Source: Pseudomonadota bacterium (GTDB lineage Bacteria > UBA10199 > 2-02-FULL-44-16 > JAAZCA01). From it: a DNA stretch of 51,968 nt. Where the stretch lies: the NCBI GenBank assembly GCA_043822785.1, contig JBDRBN010000068.1, positions 1 to 51,968 of the forward strand, written 5' to 3'. This document shows positions 9,352 to 18,774 of the stretch, piece after piece (the stretch's first letter is position 1; the number at the start of each line of letters is the position of its first letter). Both the position numbers and the translations under genes were made by a program. A model generated the notes under the pieces. The model was not told the origin of the DNA, made no database searches, and saw only the letters and a list, made by a program, of their open reading frames with translations.

Positions 9352-10749
9352 TCAGCTGGGCGCTGCCTCCTTGCTCACGATTATCTTCTGGCTTACGAAT
9401 GTGTAATAGAGGAGGTGTCTCATCTTATAATCAAAGAGAACAAAACCTATGATGAGCGCTACCAGACAGCTTGCGAAATATCCATACCCATAGAATCCAA
9501 ATCCCAACTTGATGGAGATCAGTGAGAAAAGTGGGTTTGATATGCCAAATATTGCCGCCATGATGAGCGCATCCATCCGAAAATCAAAATAGAGCATGAT
9601 GATGAGCAGGGTTTGGAGCAAAGCCTGCAGAAACGTTGCGACCATGGCGATCTGAAAAATTCCAAGCTGCATGGACGACATATGGAGGTAGGGATATACC
9701 TTTGGTGCCGCGATAAGCCCAACAAGCGTGACCGTACCCTGAAGCACTATCATCCTGCCCATGGCGAGCTTAAGCGAGTTAACGATGTTTTGCCTTCGCT
9801 CTTCAAGGGCATAATAGGGATGCTTGTTTAGGATAGAGAGAAAAAATTTCTTGTAGTGGATGTAGAAGCTTGTCTCCACCCTGATTGTGAACATGGCCAA
9901 AGACGGCACTATGAGCAGATATGCTATGAACACTGGCACATCGTAGATGGAGGAGGCGTACAGAAACGAATGAATGTTTTCGTGCGTCACCGGCGAAGCC
10001 CAGAAGACAATTTTATCTCCCCAAATGCCGATGTTATAGAGCGTGGCTATGAAGGCAAGCGCTGTAAATTTCTTAAAGTAGTTGAGGAAATAGAACTCAA
10101 CTCGACGGCGATAGTCAAATTCAGTGAAGATCTGTACGATCAGCAGGGTAACGAGCAGCACCTGGCCGAGAGTGAATCCCGTGAGCAGTCCAAATAGCCC
10201 GTAGTAGTTCCCAAGGAGATATCCAGCGATTACGCTTAGAAGCGAGCCTATGGCAAACGATTTGACTATCCATTGGAATTCCTTTGCTGCGGACAAAACG
10301 ATCATGGCGATCCAGATGATGCCGATATTTAGGAAGAGAACGACAGCTGTTACCTCTGTGGCGATGCCGAGGTGAAGACGGCTGGCAGCTATGAAGCCTA
10401 TAACAGCATGAATTACGAGGGACATTGAAACAATACCCACAAAGGCGGGCACTATTGCCTTATAGTCATTCATAAAGATGCGATCAGCCATGTACCGGGT
10501 AAGGATCATCTGCACGGAGGATGTGGAAATGAGTGAGAAGCCATAGATATACACAATCAGCGTGCGAAAGATCATGATCTCGTGCATGTCCATGTTGCCG
10601 GGCATGATGATGGTAAGAAGAGCGATGGTAAAGATGGTGCAGAGGAGTGGACCAGCCGAGACGATGGAGGAGTATGCATATCCCTCTATCAGGTTAAAGT
10701 AAGAATTTTTTGCTAGAATTTTTTCTAGCCTGAATCCTATGCCCGCCAT
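9352..10749 (-). CDS. pelG: Pel polysaccharide transporter PelG
   Basis: N-terminal MAGIGFRL...AYSSIVSAGP, DKIVFW, YDVPVFIAYLLIVPSL..F..RVETSF, YGYGY motifs. Confidence 0.95.
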   Translation of the reverse strand: MAGIGFRLEKILAKNSYFNLIEGYAYSSIVSAGPLLCTIFTIALLTIIMPGNMDMHEIMIFRTLIVYIYGFSLISTSSVQMILTRYMADRIFMNDYKAIVPAFVGIVSMSLVIHAVIGFIAASRLHLGIATEVTAVVLFLNIGIIWIAMIVLSAAKEFQWIVKSFAIGSLLSVIAGYLLGNYYGLFGLLTGFTLGQVLLVTLLIVQIFTEFDYRRRVEFYFLNYFKKFTALAFIATLYNIGIWGDKIVFWASPVTHENIHSFLYASSIYDVPVFIAYLLIVPSLAMFTIRVETSFYIHYKKFFLSILNKHPYYALEERRQNIVNSLKLAMGRMIVLQGTVTLVGLIAAPKVYPYLHMSSMQLGIFQIAMVATFLQALLQTLLIIMLYFDFRMDALIMAAIFGISNPLFSLISIKLGFGFYGYGYFASCLVALIIGFVLFDYKMRHLLYYTFVSQKIIVSKEAAPS

Positions 10750-10757
10750 AATTACAA

Positions 10758-10795
10758 ACCTTTCTCGCTTGTCTCGCCTTTCTCGCCGGTCTCGC
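10758..10795. repeat. Empty copy of the TCTCGC-rich repeat, between pelF and pelG
   Basis: acctttctcgcttgtc|tcgcctttctcgccggtctcgc, near identical to 2079-2136 minus the palindrome. Confidence 0.8.
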
Positions 10796-12264
10796 TATAT
10801 ATACTGTTCATACAGATTCCTATATGCTGTGATCATGTCTTTCTTATTATAATAAAGTCTTACGCGTTCGCAGCATGCGCGCGACATGGCTCCGTACATT
10901 TCATCATCAGTCAACAGGCGGATGGTCGCCTCTGCGGTTCGCTCTGGCGAATGGAATTGGCACACGATGCCACCAGGGCCTAGGGCCCTATCCACCTCAG
11001 TTTTTCCCTCGATGAGTTCTCTACACGAGCCTACGTCAGATGCTACTGTAGGCACTCCGCTCGCTGCAGCTTCGAGAATAACCAGTGGTTGTGCTTCGCT
11101 TATGCTTGTTAGGAGGATGACATCAATTGTGGTCAAATAATCCTTCACGTCAACGTGTCCGGTGAAGACCATATTCTCTTCAAGGCCCATCATCTTTATA
11201 AGCGCGCTACAGTCTTGAAAGTATTTTGACTCCTCCTCCTGAGGGCCGATGAGCAAAACCCGCACATCGGGCAACTTTTGAACGATGATCTTGCATGCCT
11301 TTATCAGCGTCTTTACATCCTTGATGGGAACTATGCGGCCGATGAAAGCAATTGTTCGGCGCTTTCCCTTTTTCTTTCTTGATTTTAATACATCTTGAAA
11401 TGCACCCACGTCCACGCCGTTGGGGATGATCATAGTCTTTTTAGGATCTGCGCCATCTGCAATTTGCAGTTGTCGGTTGCCTTCAAAAAGCGTGGTTATG
11501 CTATCAGCATAGGCATAGGCGAGCTTGCTCATGGCGCTGAAATAGCGAGTCCACCAGTCCTTGAAATACCCAAGCTCCTCCGTCGCTTTAACATATTCGC
11601 TCACCCGTTCGTAGATCCAGCCTGCCTGAGCGATTTCGATTCTGCGCTCCTTTGTATAGATGCCGTGTTCGGTGACTATCATGTTGCTGTTGAATTTTAT
11701 CTTGGCGAGCGTGCATGCTACGCCTGCATAGCCAGTGGAGATCGTGTGATAGAGCGGGGCTGGAGGCAGGTTGGCTTTCAGGATCTGCATGACAGGTAGG
11801 AACGTAAAGCGGTAGTTCCAAAAATAATCCAAAAAGCTTATGGTGGTGTCGCCTTTATTATAGAGCGACAGCACAGCATTCCAGAATTGTCGTGAGCTGA
11901 AAGCATGTGCTAGGTCTAGGCGAGAGCGCCCTTTTAGAAGATCGAGCAAGAAGATCTCCATCTGCGCCTTAGGCACCTCCTCGATACCTCTATAGAACAT
12001 CTCAAAAAAATCAAAAAGCCTCTTAGTCCTTTTCTTAAAAAGGCGAGGTCTGAAATGGTGATCGTGAATGTAGATGTTGATCAGGCTCTGTACGTTGCTT
12101 GGCAGCTCATAACGTTCTATTCGTGTATCGCGCGGTGTGGGCATGATGGAGAGGACAGAGAACTTAACGTCAGGCATCTCGGTGATAATATCGTGAACCC
12201 AAGCGGATACGCCGCCACGGATGTACGGATAGGTGCCTTCCAGAACCAGACAGACATCACTCAT
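10795..12264 (-). CDS. pelF: GT4 glycosyltransferase PelF (DUF3492 + GT1 domain)
   Basis: LEGTYPYIRGGVSAWV, HTISTGYAG, TEHGIYTKER, GRIVPIKDVKT, SISEAQPLVILEA. Confidence 0.95.
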   Translation of the reverse strand: MSDVCLVLEGTYPYIRGGVSAWVHDIITEMPDVKFSVLSIMPTPRDTRIERYELPSNVQSLINIYIHDHHFRPRLFKKRTKRLFDFFEMFYRGIEEVPKAQMEIFLLDLLKGRSRLDLAHAFSSRQFWNAVLSLYNKGDTTISFLDYFWNYRFTFLPVMQILKANLPPAPLYHTISTGYAGVACTLAKIKFNSNMIVTEHGIYTKERRIEIAQAGWIYERVSEYVKATEELGYFKDWWTRYFSAMSKLAYAYADSITTLFEGNRQLQIADGADPKKTMIIPNGVDVGAFQDVLKSRKKKGKRRTIAFIGRIVPIKDVKTLIKACKIIVQKLPDVRVLLIGPQEEESKYFQDCSALIKMMGLEENMVFTGHVDVKDYLTTIDVILLTSISEAQPLVILEAAASGVPTVASDVGSCRELIEGKTEVDRALGPGGIVCQFHSPERTAEATIRLLTDDEMYGAMSRACCERVRLYYNKKDMITAYRNLYEQYI

Positions 12265-14147
12265 AGCATACCCTCCTCGACTACCGCCCTGGTCGCATCT
12301 TGTGCCATGTGTCTGAGGTCAGTGCTGGGATCTGATTCTGCAGCAGAGATAAGGTGAGGAAGAACCCATGAGTGCTTGACCGTACGCATGAGCTGAATAG
12401 TTAGGGCTCGGATTTCCTCATCACCCTCTTTTAGTAGATTGATCAGATCTTCTTTTGCAGCCTCAAGCATTCTCCGATTATGATGCGCTGTGAGCATCTT
12501 AAGAAACAAACGCTTCCAACCTGCATTGGGCAAGACTTGCAAGAATACGCTCAGTGCGTCGGGCGTCGTAAAAAAAATATCGAAAACGATTTTGAACAGC
12601 TTCTGAGTGCGTTCGTCAGGAATTTCTTCCTTGTATTTCTTGATCAGGGATTCGGCTAACAATCGGTAGAATTCTAGATCCATCTTGCTGGGAAGATGGC
12701 GGATGAGGTGACAGCAGTGTTCCTCATCACATGTCTCGATGAGCGTAAGGAATTGGTCTTCATGATGTAGCGCAAGGCGCTTGAGTGCCCTCTCAATGGC
12801 TTCTCTATCATAAGGGTTATCGGTGGTGTCGTATGAGTAAACTAAAAATTCTATGGTTTCGACCGAAGGCGCATACTCCAAGCAGCTGTGTGCGAGATAG
12901 TACACGTTGATATTCATCTCATCTTTGATCAAAGTTTTGATGACGTTCAGCAGATCTTCAGGACTGATGCCAAGGCCCCTGCGGCGTATCAGGTATTTGA
13001 GAATGATTTGCTTTTGCGTGGCCGTAAGATTTCTATGTAATGCCTCGATAACTCGCTCTTTATCGTCTAGCCGCCAGATTCTCGTAAGCGCCATAGCTGC
13101 GGTGTATGCGGCCATAGGATCCTTATCCAGGTACTCGGTCAGCAAGTCGATGTCCTTGTGCTCTGCGATAAATCCCAGAGCTTGTAAGCACGCCTGCATG
13201 ATATGAGGGTTGTCGGTTTCTTTGAGAGTGTTTCGCAAATATTCCTTATGAGCTTCGATTTCAGAACCGAATTTACCAAGACGAAAGAGCACTTCTACCA
13301 TGGTGGCAATGTCAGAGGCATGCCTGAGCCGAAACAGAAACTTGGGATTTATGAGACCTTGAAGGCGATCGAGTGTCCTTGATGCTATCAGCCGCGTCTT
13401 TTGGTCCTCGTCGTGCACTGTGGCTTTGAGAAGAGGAAGTATCAGTGCGTTGCTGGGTATCACACTGATCTGCTGTATCATGCGATGTTTCACATACGCG
13501 TCCTGCTCATGAGATATGGATTTTAGCAGCTGGTGCGCGCTATGGCGCGATTTTCTAATTGTTATCGCCGAAAAAGCTTCGCTTCTGATATCCTTGTCTT
13601 CATTATCGAGGAGGGGCTTGAAGGTCTTCCAAGGAACGCTATCCACCCATTGGGAGAGCGTCATTATGGAAAGAAGCACCAATTCTTTTTTCGATGCACC
13701 CAGCGCTTTGATTATGATCGTTGCGCCTTCGGGATTATTGATCTGCTCAAGGACAGCGACGATCTTTAAGCACAGATCTGTCTTTTCAATATCGAAAATA
13801 GCATCGAGATAAGGGATAGCTATCGGCTCCTGAAGCACACCGATGAGATCGATGGCGCCAAACACCACTGCTTGTTCTTCTGATTGGAATTGAGCGATGA
13901 GAAAGCTTGACTTGCTCTTCTTATTCTTCCAAGGGAAAATCCTCATCATCTCATGGGATACTTCTTTTTCTCCACAGAGGAACAAAAGAAACATCTTCGA
14001 CATGCTCAGCTCATCAGCTTCCTCGTTTTGTGCTTGGCATTGGTAAAGCTTTTCTCCAAGCGAAAGGCTTGATAGGTTTTCCTCGTATGCGATTGCCTGG
14101 GCCCTTGTTTGGGGATCAGAGTATATGATGTGCGATGCATATCCCAT
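12261..14147 (-). CDS. Cytoplasmic HEAT-repeat protein within the pel operon
   Basis: Repeated L..D.D..IR..A/ D.D..TRLIASRTL patterns; no signal peptide; ATGA overlap with pelF. Confidence 0.75.
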   Translation of the reverse strand: MGYASHIIYSDPQTRAQAIAYEENLSSLSLGEKLYQCQAQNEEADELSMSKMFLLFLCGEKEVSHEMMRIFPWKNKKSKSSFLIAQFQSEEQAVVFGAIDLIGVLQEPIAIPYLDAIFDIEKTDLCLKIVAVLEQINNPEGATIIIKALGASKKELVLLSIMTLSQWVDSVPWKTFKPLLDNEDKDIRSEAFSAITIRKSRHSAHQLLKSISHEQDAYVKHRMIQQISVIPSNALILPLLKATVHDEDQKTRLIASRTLDRLQGLINPKFLFRLRHASDIATMVEVLFRLGKFGSEIEAHKEYLRNTLKETDNPHIMQACLQALGFIAEHKDIDLLTEYLDKDPMAAYTAAMALTRIWRLDDKERVIEALHRNLTATQKQIILKYLIRRRGLGISPEDLLNVIKTLIKDEMNINVYYLAHSCLEYAPSVETIEFLVYSYDTTDNPYDREAIERALKRLALHHEDQFLTLIETCDEEHCCHLIRHLPSKMDLEFYRLLAESLIKKYKEEIPDERTQKLFKIVFDIFFTTPDALSVFLQVLPNAGWKRLFLKMLTAHHNRRMLEAAKEDLINLLKEGDEEIRALTIQLMRTVKHSWVLPHLISAAESDPSTDLRHMAQDATRAVVEEGML

Positions 14148-14148
14148 A

Positions 14149-15141
14149 TTATTTCCAAAAGTTGGCTACATCAACGTGTGGGAGTGAAATGCCGGCCTTG
14201 TGCACTTCGTTCATCCTTTGTTCCAGCGCCGCATATTCTCCCTGAAAAAACAAAATCCTGCATAGCAGCTCGATGTATTCACTGTTTGTCTTGTCATACG
14301 CCAGGCACCGCTCTGTGTGCTCCTTGGCCTTGTCATATTCCTCTAAAGCGAAATAGCATTTGGAGAGCATGAAATTGCTCTCTGCGCTTTCGGACATAAA
14401 GGACAGAAGGGCGATGATTTCGTGGTAATAATAGTCCCGCGCGATTCTGTCCAAAAGGCCGCTTTCGGCATATGATAGGTAAAGTTCGGCAAGGGCCATC
14501 GCTAATTTTACATCATTGGGTTTTGTTTCGTATTGCTTTTTTCTTACATCGATCCCTTTTGCATAATCATCTTCGATCAACCCCAACACGCCTGCTGCGA
14601 ATAGCCTGACCTCGATGTCATTGTCCATGAGCGCGCGGTTCAGTGTTAGCAATGCTGCTTGAGAGCGAATGGAACCTAAAAATTTAACGGCGCTCTTTTT
14701 TAGTTCTGTCTGCCCTCGTCTGAAAATATCGACAAAGGGTTCGATATCAAGCCGATCGAGCACCTCGAGTTGATGCACACGCGTTAGGAGTTTTCCAAAG
14801 ACCTCAGGGCCAGGAACTGTGATCTCATCGCTGATGATGGGGGGTGGATGGTGACCCTTTATTCTGTGGATTATATACATGATTATCACAAAAGGATAAC
14901 CGTAAAAGGGCATCACGGCACACACGACAAGTGCAAAGATCCACCACACGTTGCACTCAGGACGTTCGTTTGGGCGGATCGTAAGTCGGTAAAAGCCGTA
15001 AGCACAAGTGATGACAGATAGGATATGAAAGATGATGGCTATCAGAAGCGGCATGTTAACGATGTCAAATAGTTTTAAAGCCACCGGAATCGTGAAAATG
15101 GCAGCTAAGATGAGGATGAGATGGGGAATGAAACGCTTCAT
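14149..15141 (-). CDS. pelE: PelE-like protein (TM helices + HEAT + TPR)
   Basis: N-terminal TMs, ALMDNDIEVRLFA and LAELYLSYAESGLLD segments; position after pelD. Confidence 0.75.
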   Translation of the reverse strand: MKRFIPHLILILAAIFTIPVALKLFDIVNMPLLIAIIFHILSVITCAYGFYRLTIRPNERPECNVWWIFALVVCAVMPFYGYPFVIIMYIIHRIKGHHPPPIISDEITVPGPEVFGKLLTRVHQLEVLDRLDIEPFVDIFRRGQTELKKSAVKFLGSIRSQAALLTLNRALMDNDIEVRLFAAGVLGLIEDDYAKGIDVRKKQYETKPNDVKLAMALAELYLSYAESGLLDRIARDYYYHEIIALLSFMSESAESNFMLSKCYFALEEYDKAKEHTERCLAYDKTNSEYIELLCRILFFQGEYAALEQRMNEVHKAGISLPHVDVANFWK

Positions 15142-15147
15142 TATCGA

Positions 15148-16548
15148 TTATAGCCCCATTGCCTTGATCATGTCTTGGGCGTCGGACATGGTGTGTGGGT
15201 TATAGCTTGCCACGATGATGCTATTCTCGATTGGGTCATCTGTTACAGCACTGACCAACTTATACTTGCGCATATGCTCGATGATCTTTTGCTTCATATC
15301 CTCTGCTTGTGGGGCAGATGTTGTCGACAGAAGCATCACGAGCGGCGCCCTAATATCGGGGCCCTTTGCCAAGACGTCAAATGCTCGCATGCGAGCTTTT
15401 AGTAGCGTTATGATAGATTGTATGAGGGCTGATTTTTCTTCATCGTCAAGATTTCCCAGCTTTGGCCATTTGAATGCTATGGCAGAGAGCGGGATCATAT
15501 AGCTGCATGTGCGCAAAAATTCTTCTTTGATTCGCGTAACAAAATAGTGATATTTGTAGATATCATATTTGGCATCTCTGATCTGTTTTGCCTCCATATT
15601 TCTGAAAGCATAAGCATTGTTCAGCGACGAGGCTGCGATTTCGCAAACGATCGTCGCTGTCTGGATGGTCGATTCGGTGAGCTTTAAAAGCGGTATTCTC
15701 TCTACACTCGCCACACCAAAGACCATCTCCTCAAGGCCAACCACAGGAATAGCCATGACCGAATCCCCAAGCATGTCGGGTTGTATCTTTTCCATGACGT
15801 GCTTTTTAAGCACTAGATCTTTGACCGTCACAGCATGCCTGAGTTCCGCTGCAATGCCTACCAGTCCGTGGCCTACGGCAAATGATTCGCGTTGTCGGTA
15901 ATATTCCTTCCAGCCGCGATTGTACACCATCTTAAGCGTGTTACCCTCCTTCACGTAGAAGGAGCATTCCTCAGCGCCTAGATTTTCTTGGAGACTCGTC
16001 AGAATGCCCTCATACACGACATCAGGTTCATATGATTTTAGCCTTGCTGTGATCTCGTTGAGAATCGTTATCGTGTCTTGCTTGGTGGCAACGTTGACCG
16101 TCAGATCCTTATGCGCTTCTTTGACTATATCGATCTCTTTGGTCAGCTTGTCATTTAGGTTCTGCAGCTCCTCAACGCGTGTTGTGAGATAATCTTCACG
16201 AAGGATAAAGACCGTCCTGACTTCACCGATGATGAAGCCGACGAGGATAAACAGAAACGGATACCTGAGCAGCCATAGATCGTCGTAGATAGCGTCGACC
16301 CCTCCTGTAAAGATATAATGAGCTAGGAAGACCATGGATGTGGCGATGCTGCCGAAGATCGCTCCATTTCTTCCATAGCGCGCAGCCATTGCAAGCACGA
16401 TAATCCAGAGTGGATTTGGATTAATGCCTTCGAACGCGGGCTTTCCTGGGAGCAGGAATATATTGATTCCTACAAGGATGAGCAGGCCGACGATGGTCTC
16501 TGCAATATAGAACTTGGTACGCTGGATTCTTATGATTCGATCATACAT
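15148..16548 (-). CDS. pelD: PelD-like c-di-GMP receptor (4 TM, coiled coil, GAF, degenerate GGDEF)
   Basis: P.WIIVLAMAARYG TM motif, GAF, C-terminal domain with RxxD (RAFD) and no GGDEF. Confidence 0.8.
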   Translation of the reverse strand: MYDRIIRIQRTKFYIAETIVGLLILVGINIFLLPGKPAFEGINPNPLWIIVLAMAARYGRNGAIFGSIATSMVFLAHYIFTGGVDAIYDDLWLLRYPFLFILVGFIIGEVRTVFILREDYLTTRVEELQNLNDKLTKEIDIVKEAHKDLTVNVATKQDTITILNEITARLKSYEPDVVYEGILTSLQENLGAEECSFYVKEGNTLKMVYNRGWKEYYRQRESFAVGHGLVGIAAELRHAVTVKDLVLKKHVMEKIQPDMLGDSVMAIPVVGLEEMVFGVASVERIPLLKLTESTIQTATIVCEIAASSLNNAYAFRNMEAKQIRDAKYDIYKYHYFVTRIKEEFLRTCSYMIPLSAIAFKWPKLGNLDDEEKSALIQSIITLLKARMRAFDVLAKGPDIRAPLVMLLSTTSAPQAEDMKQKIIEHMRKYKLVSAVTDDPIENSIIVASYNPHTMSDAQDMIKAMGL

Positions 16549-16550
16549 GG

Positions 16551-16928
16551 TTATTCCGCTATCGTTTCTCTCACCTTTTCAAGAAGGCGATGTGGTTCAA
16601 AGGGCTTTGCCATGACTACAGCCTTCAACGTGCTAAGCGTTGAGGTCTCTTCACCCGACAGATGGCGGCTGCTCAGGATTACCACCTTCAACTCATCTAG
16701 CTCATATTTTTTTCTTATCTGCTCTAAAAGGGTAAAACCATCTATGTGGGGCATCATGAGGTCCAGCATGAGCAAGGTGTATTTATTGGATTCCAATTCG
16801 GACATTGCTTGCCTGGAATCGTTGATATGGGTAACCTCAAAGCCTGCTGATGAAAGCACAAACTCTACAATATAAGTGATGTCAGGTTCATCATCGACCA
16901 AAAGAATTTTCATGTTGTCGTTTGCCAT
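16551..16928 (-). CDS. Single-domain response regulator (REC)
   Basis: ILLVDDE, LDLMMP (phospho-Asp), LSS, AKPF. Confidence 0.92.
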   Translation of the reverse strand: MANDNMKILLVDDEPDITYIVEFVLSSAGFEVTHINDSRQAMSELESNKYTLLMLDLMMPHIDGFTLLEQIRKKYELDELKVVILSSRHLSGEETSTLSTLKAVVMAKPFEPHRLLEKVRETIAE

Positions 16929-16947
16929 AACAAAAAATCCTATCTCA

Positions 16948-17009
16948 GAGATCCTTCGACTCCGCCGAGCACTCAGCGTTTGCTGAGTGCTCGGCTTCGC
17001 TCAGGATGA
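16948..17009. repeat. REP-like palindromic element (GATCCTTCG...CTCAGGATGA family) with long internal hairpin
   Basis: gccgagcactcagc-gttt-gctgagtgctcggc hairpin; related element at 47764-47798. Confidence 0.7.
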
Positions 17010-17031
17010 GGGGTCGAAACACCCTGACCCC

Positions 17032-18774
17032 TCAAAATCGATATATAAAATCCACGCCGAAGTACTGGTACTTTCCGATAACGTTTTGGGGGCTCTCACT
17101 TGAATACTCGTAATTTCCAGCTATTTCAAATCTTTTTGAGACCCTTACTCGGTTGGATATTGCAAAGGCATAGAGATCTGGCAAGCTTATATCTCGTTTT
17201 GGGTCAGCGCCAAGATAGGCCGTAAAATCAGTCGTAATCCACTTGTTCCAATCATGAAGAAACCCAAAAATCATCACATGGCGCTCGGATTCCTGGATGA
17301 GGGGAATGATGTTTAGATAGTTGTTTACGACATGTAGCTTGCTGTAATGAAAACCGTATCCTAGGCGGATCTGAGGCTTTTTATATACCACAAATTGTAG
17401 CTCTAAGTCAGCCACATCCTCGCGACCAAAGGAATCTCCAAGGCTCATTGCCGCCTTGGCACCATTAATTCTGTACCAGTTGCTTTGATATCCTGTAGCG
17501 ACCATAAGCCTTTCCCAAAAGAGCCCTTCATAAAGAAAGTCAATATAGTCCCTTTTGCCGTCAAAATACAGAGCAGATGTAGGATCGTCCATGGTTTGGT
17601 TGTAAGTATAGTTAACCCTTATGCGGCTATAAGGAGGACGATTCCAATCCAATCCTATGTAAGGCGCTGGCGCGTATGAGGAGCCAACTAACTGGTTGAT
17701 AAGGCCGCCGCTTAATACCAGCGTGCGATGAGGCTTGTACCGGCCGATCATGTCGATATCGTGGGTGAATGTCGAATAATTGGGATTATAGCCAGGGATG
17801 TCAGCGGTGTTGTATTCAAGGGAATAGCCGGTTTCGGCTGTCCATTGAGTATTGATGGGATAGACGAATTTTGCGTATGGACCGTAGCGCCATTCGTCAC
17901 CAACTATTCTGCCCGTGAAACCACCCAAGATCCTGGGGCGGTATTCCAAGAAGAGATCATCCAAGATCGCAATAAAATCAAGGTTGTTAGGGTATTTAGC
18001 TGAGAGATCCTCAAAGAGCGGCACGGCGCGATACCAGTCGCCTTCGTTATAATATGAGTAGGCATAATCGCTCTGAAGGTCCAAATCGTCAGGATACTCC
18101 TGCATCATCCGTTTCAATTCCTTGCGAGCCTCTTTATATTTGTGTTGAAGTGCGTATGTGCGAGCGAGGTTTCTATTAAGTGCGTAATGGTCAGGATGTT
18201 CGGCAACGTAATGGGGTATGACATTAGCTGCAATGTCCAATCGCTTGGTCTCTATGAGCGTGTCAACGTATGTATTCTTAATATCCGGGTTGTCGGGGTT
18301 TTGGGTCAAGAGTTTTTCAAACAGCTCATCTGACGATGATTGGTTACCCAAGAGGGCTAGCATTCGCGCATGTGCTGTCTGGGCAATGAGATCTTCTGGA
18401 GCTGGTTCGATGAGCAATATCGCCTGCTCAAAGTCTGCTTTCGCTTCCTTAGGTTTCTCTGCTGCAAGCGCCATCTCTCCGAGGCGATAATGGGGGTAAT
18501 AGTCTAGTGGCTGCCTTCTTATGTATTCTTTATAATAGCGTTTGGCTTCCTCTTTATTGTTTTTTGTTGCGTGTATATCGCCCAAGTATTTGTAGATGTC
18601 AGGATCATCAGGTGTCCTCTCAAGGAGCGTCTCAAATATCCTTTGGGCCTTGTCGATATTTGTATCAGACTGAATTAGCGTGGTTTGGGGCGAATTTGCA
18701 TTCTCCTGGGCATGGGCAAGCGGGAGGCCGGCAAAAAAGATCAACAAAAACAATATGTTGCAAAGCCTAATCAT
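17032..18774 (-). CDS. pelB: PelB-like outer-membrane export protein (TPR + C-terminal beta-barrel)
   Basis: Signal peptide, TPRs, aromatic alternating beta-strands, ends ...GVDFIYRF (BAM-type C-terminal Phe); pel context. Confidence 0.7.
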   Translation of the reverse strand: MIRLCNILFLLIFFAGLPLAHAQENANSPQTTLIQSDTNIDKAQRIFETLLERTPDDPDIYKYLGDIHATKNNKEEAKRYYKEYIRRQPLDYYPHYRLGEMALAAEKPKEAKADFEQAILLIEPAPEDLIAQTAHARMLALLGNQSSSDELFEKLLTQNPDNPDIKNTYVDTLIETKRLDIAANVIPHYVAEHPDHYALNRNLARTYALQHKYKEARKELKRMMQEYPDDLDLQSDYAYSYYNEGDWYRAVPLFEDLSAKYPNNLDFIAILDDLFLEYRPRILGGFTGRIVGDEWRYGPYAKFVYPINTQWTAETGYSLEYNTADIPGYNPNYSTFTHDIDMIGRYKPHRTLVLSGGLINQLVGSSYAPAPYIGLDWNRPPYSRIRVNYTYNQTMDDPTSALYFDGKRDYIDFLYEGLFWERLMVATGYQSNWYRINGAKAAMSLGDSFGREDVADLELQFVVYKKPQIRLGYGFHYSKLHVVNNYLNIIPLIQESERHVMIFGFLHDWNKWITTDFTAYLGADPKRDISLPDLYAFAISNRVRVSKRFEIAGNYEYSSESPQNVIGKYQYFGVDFIYRF

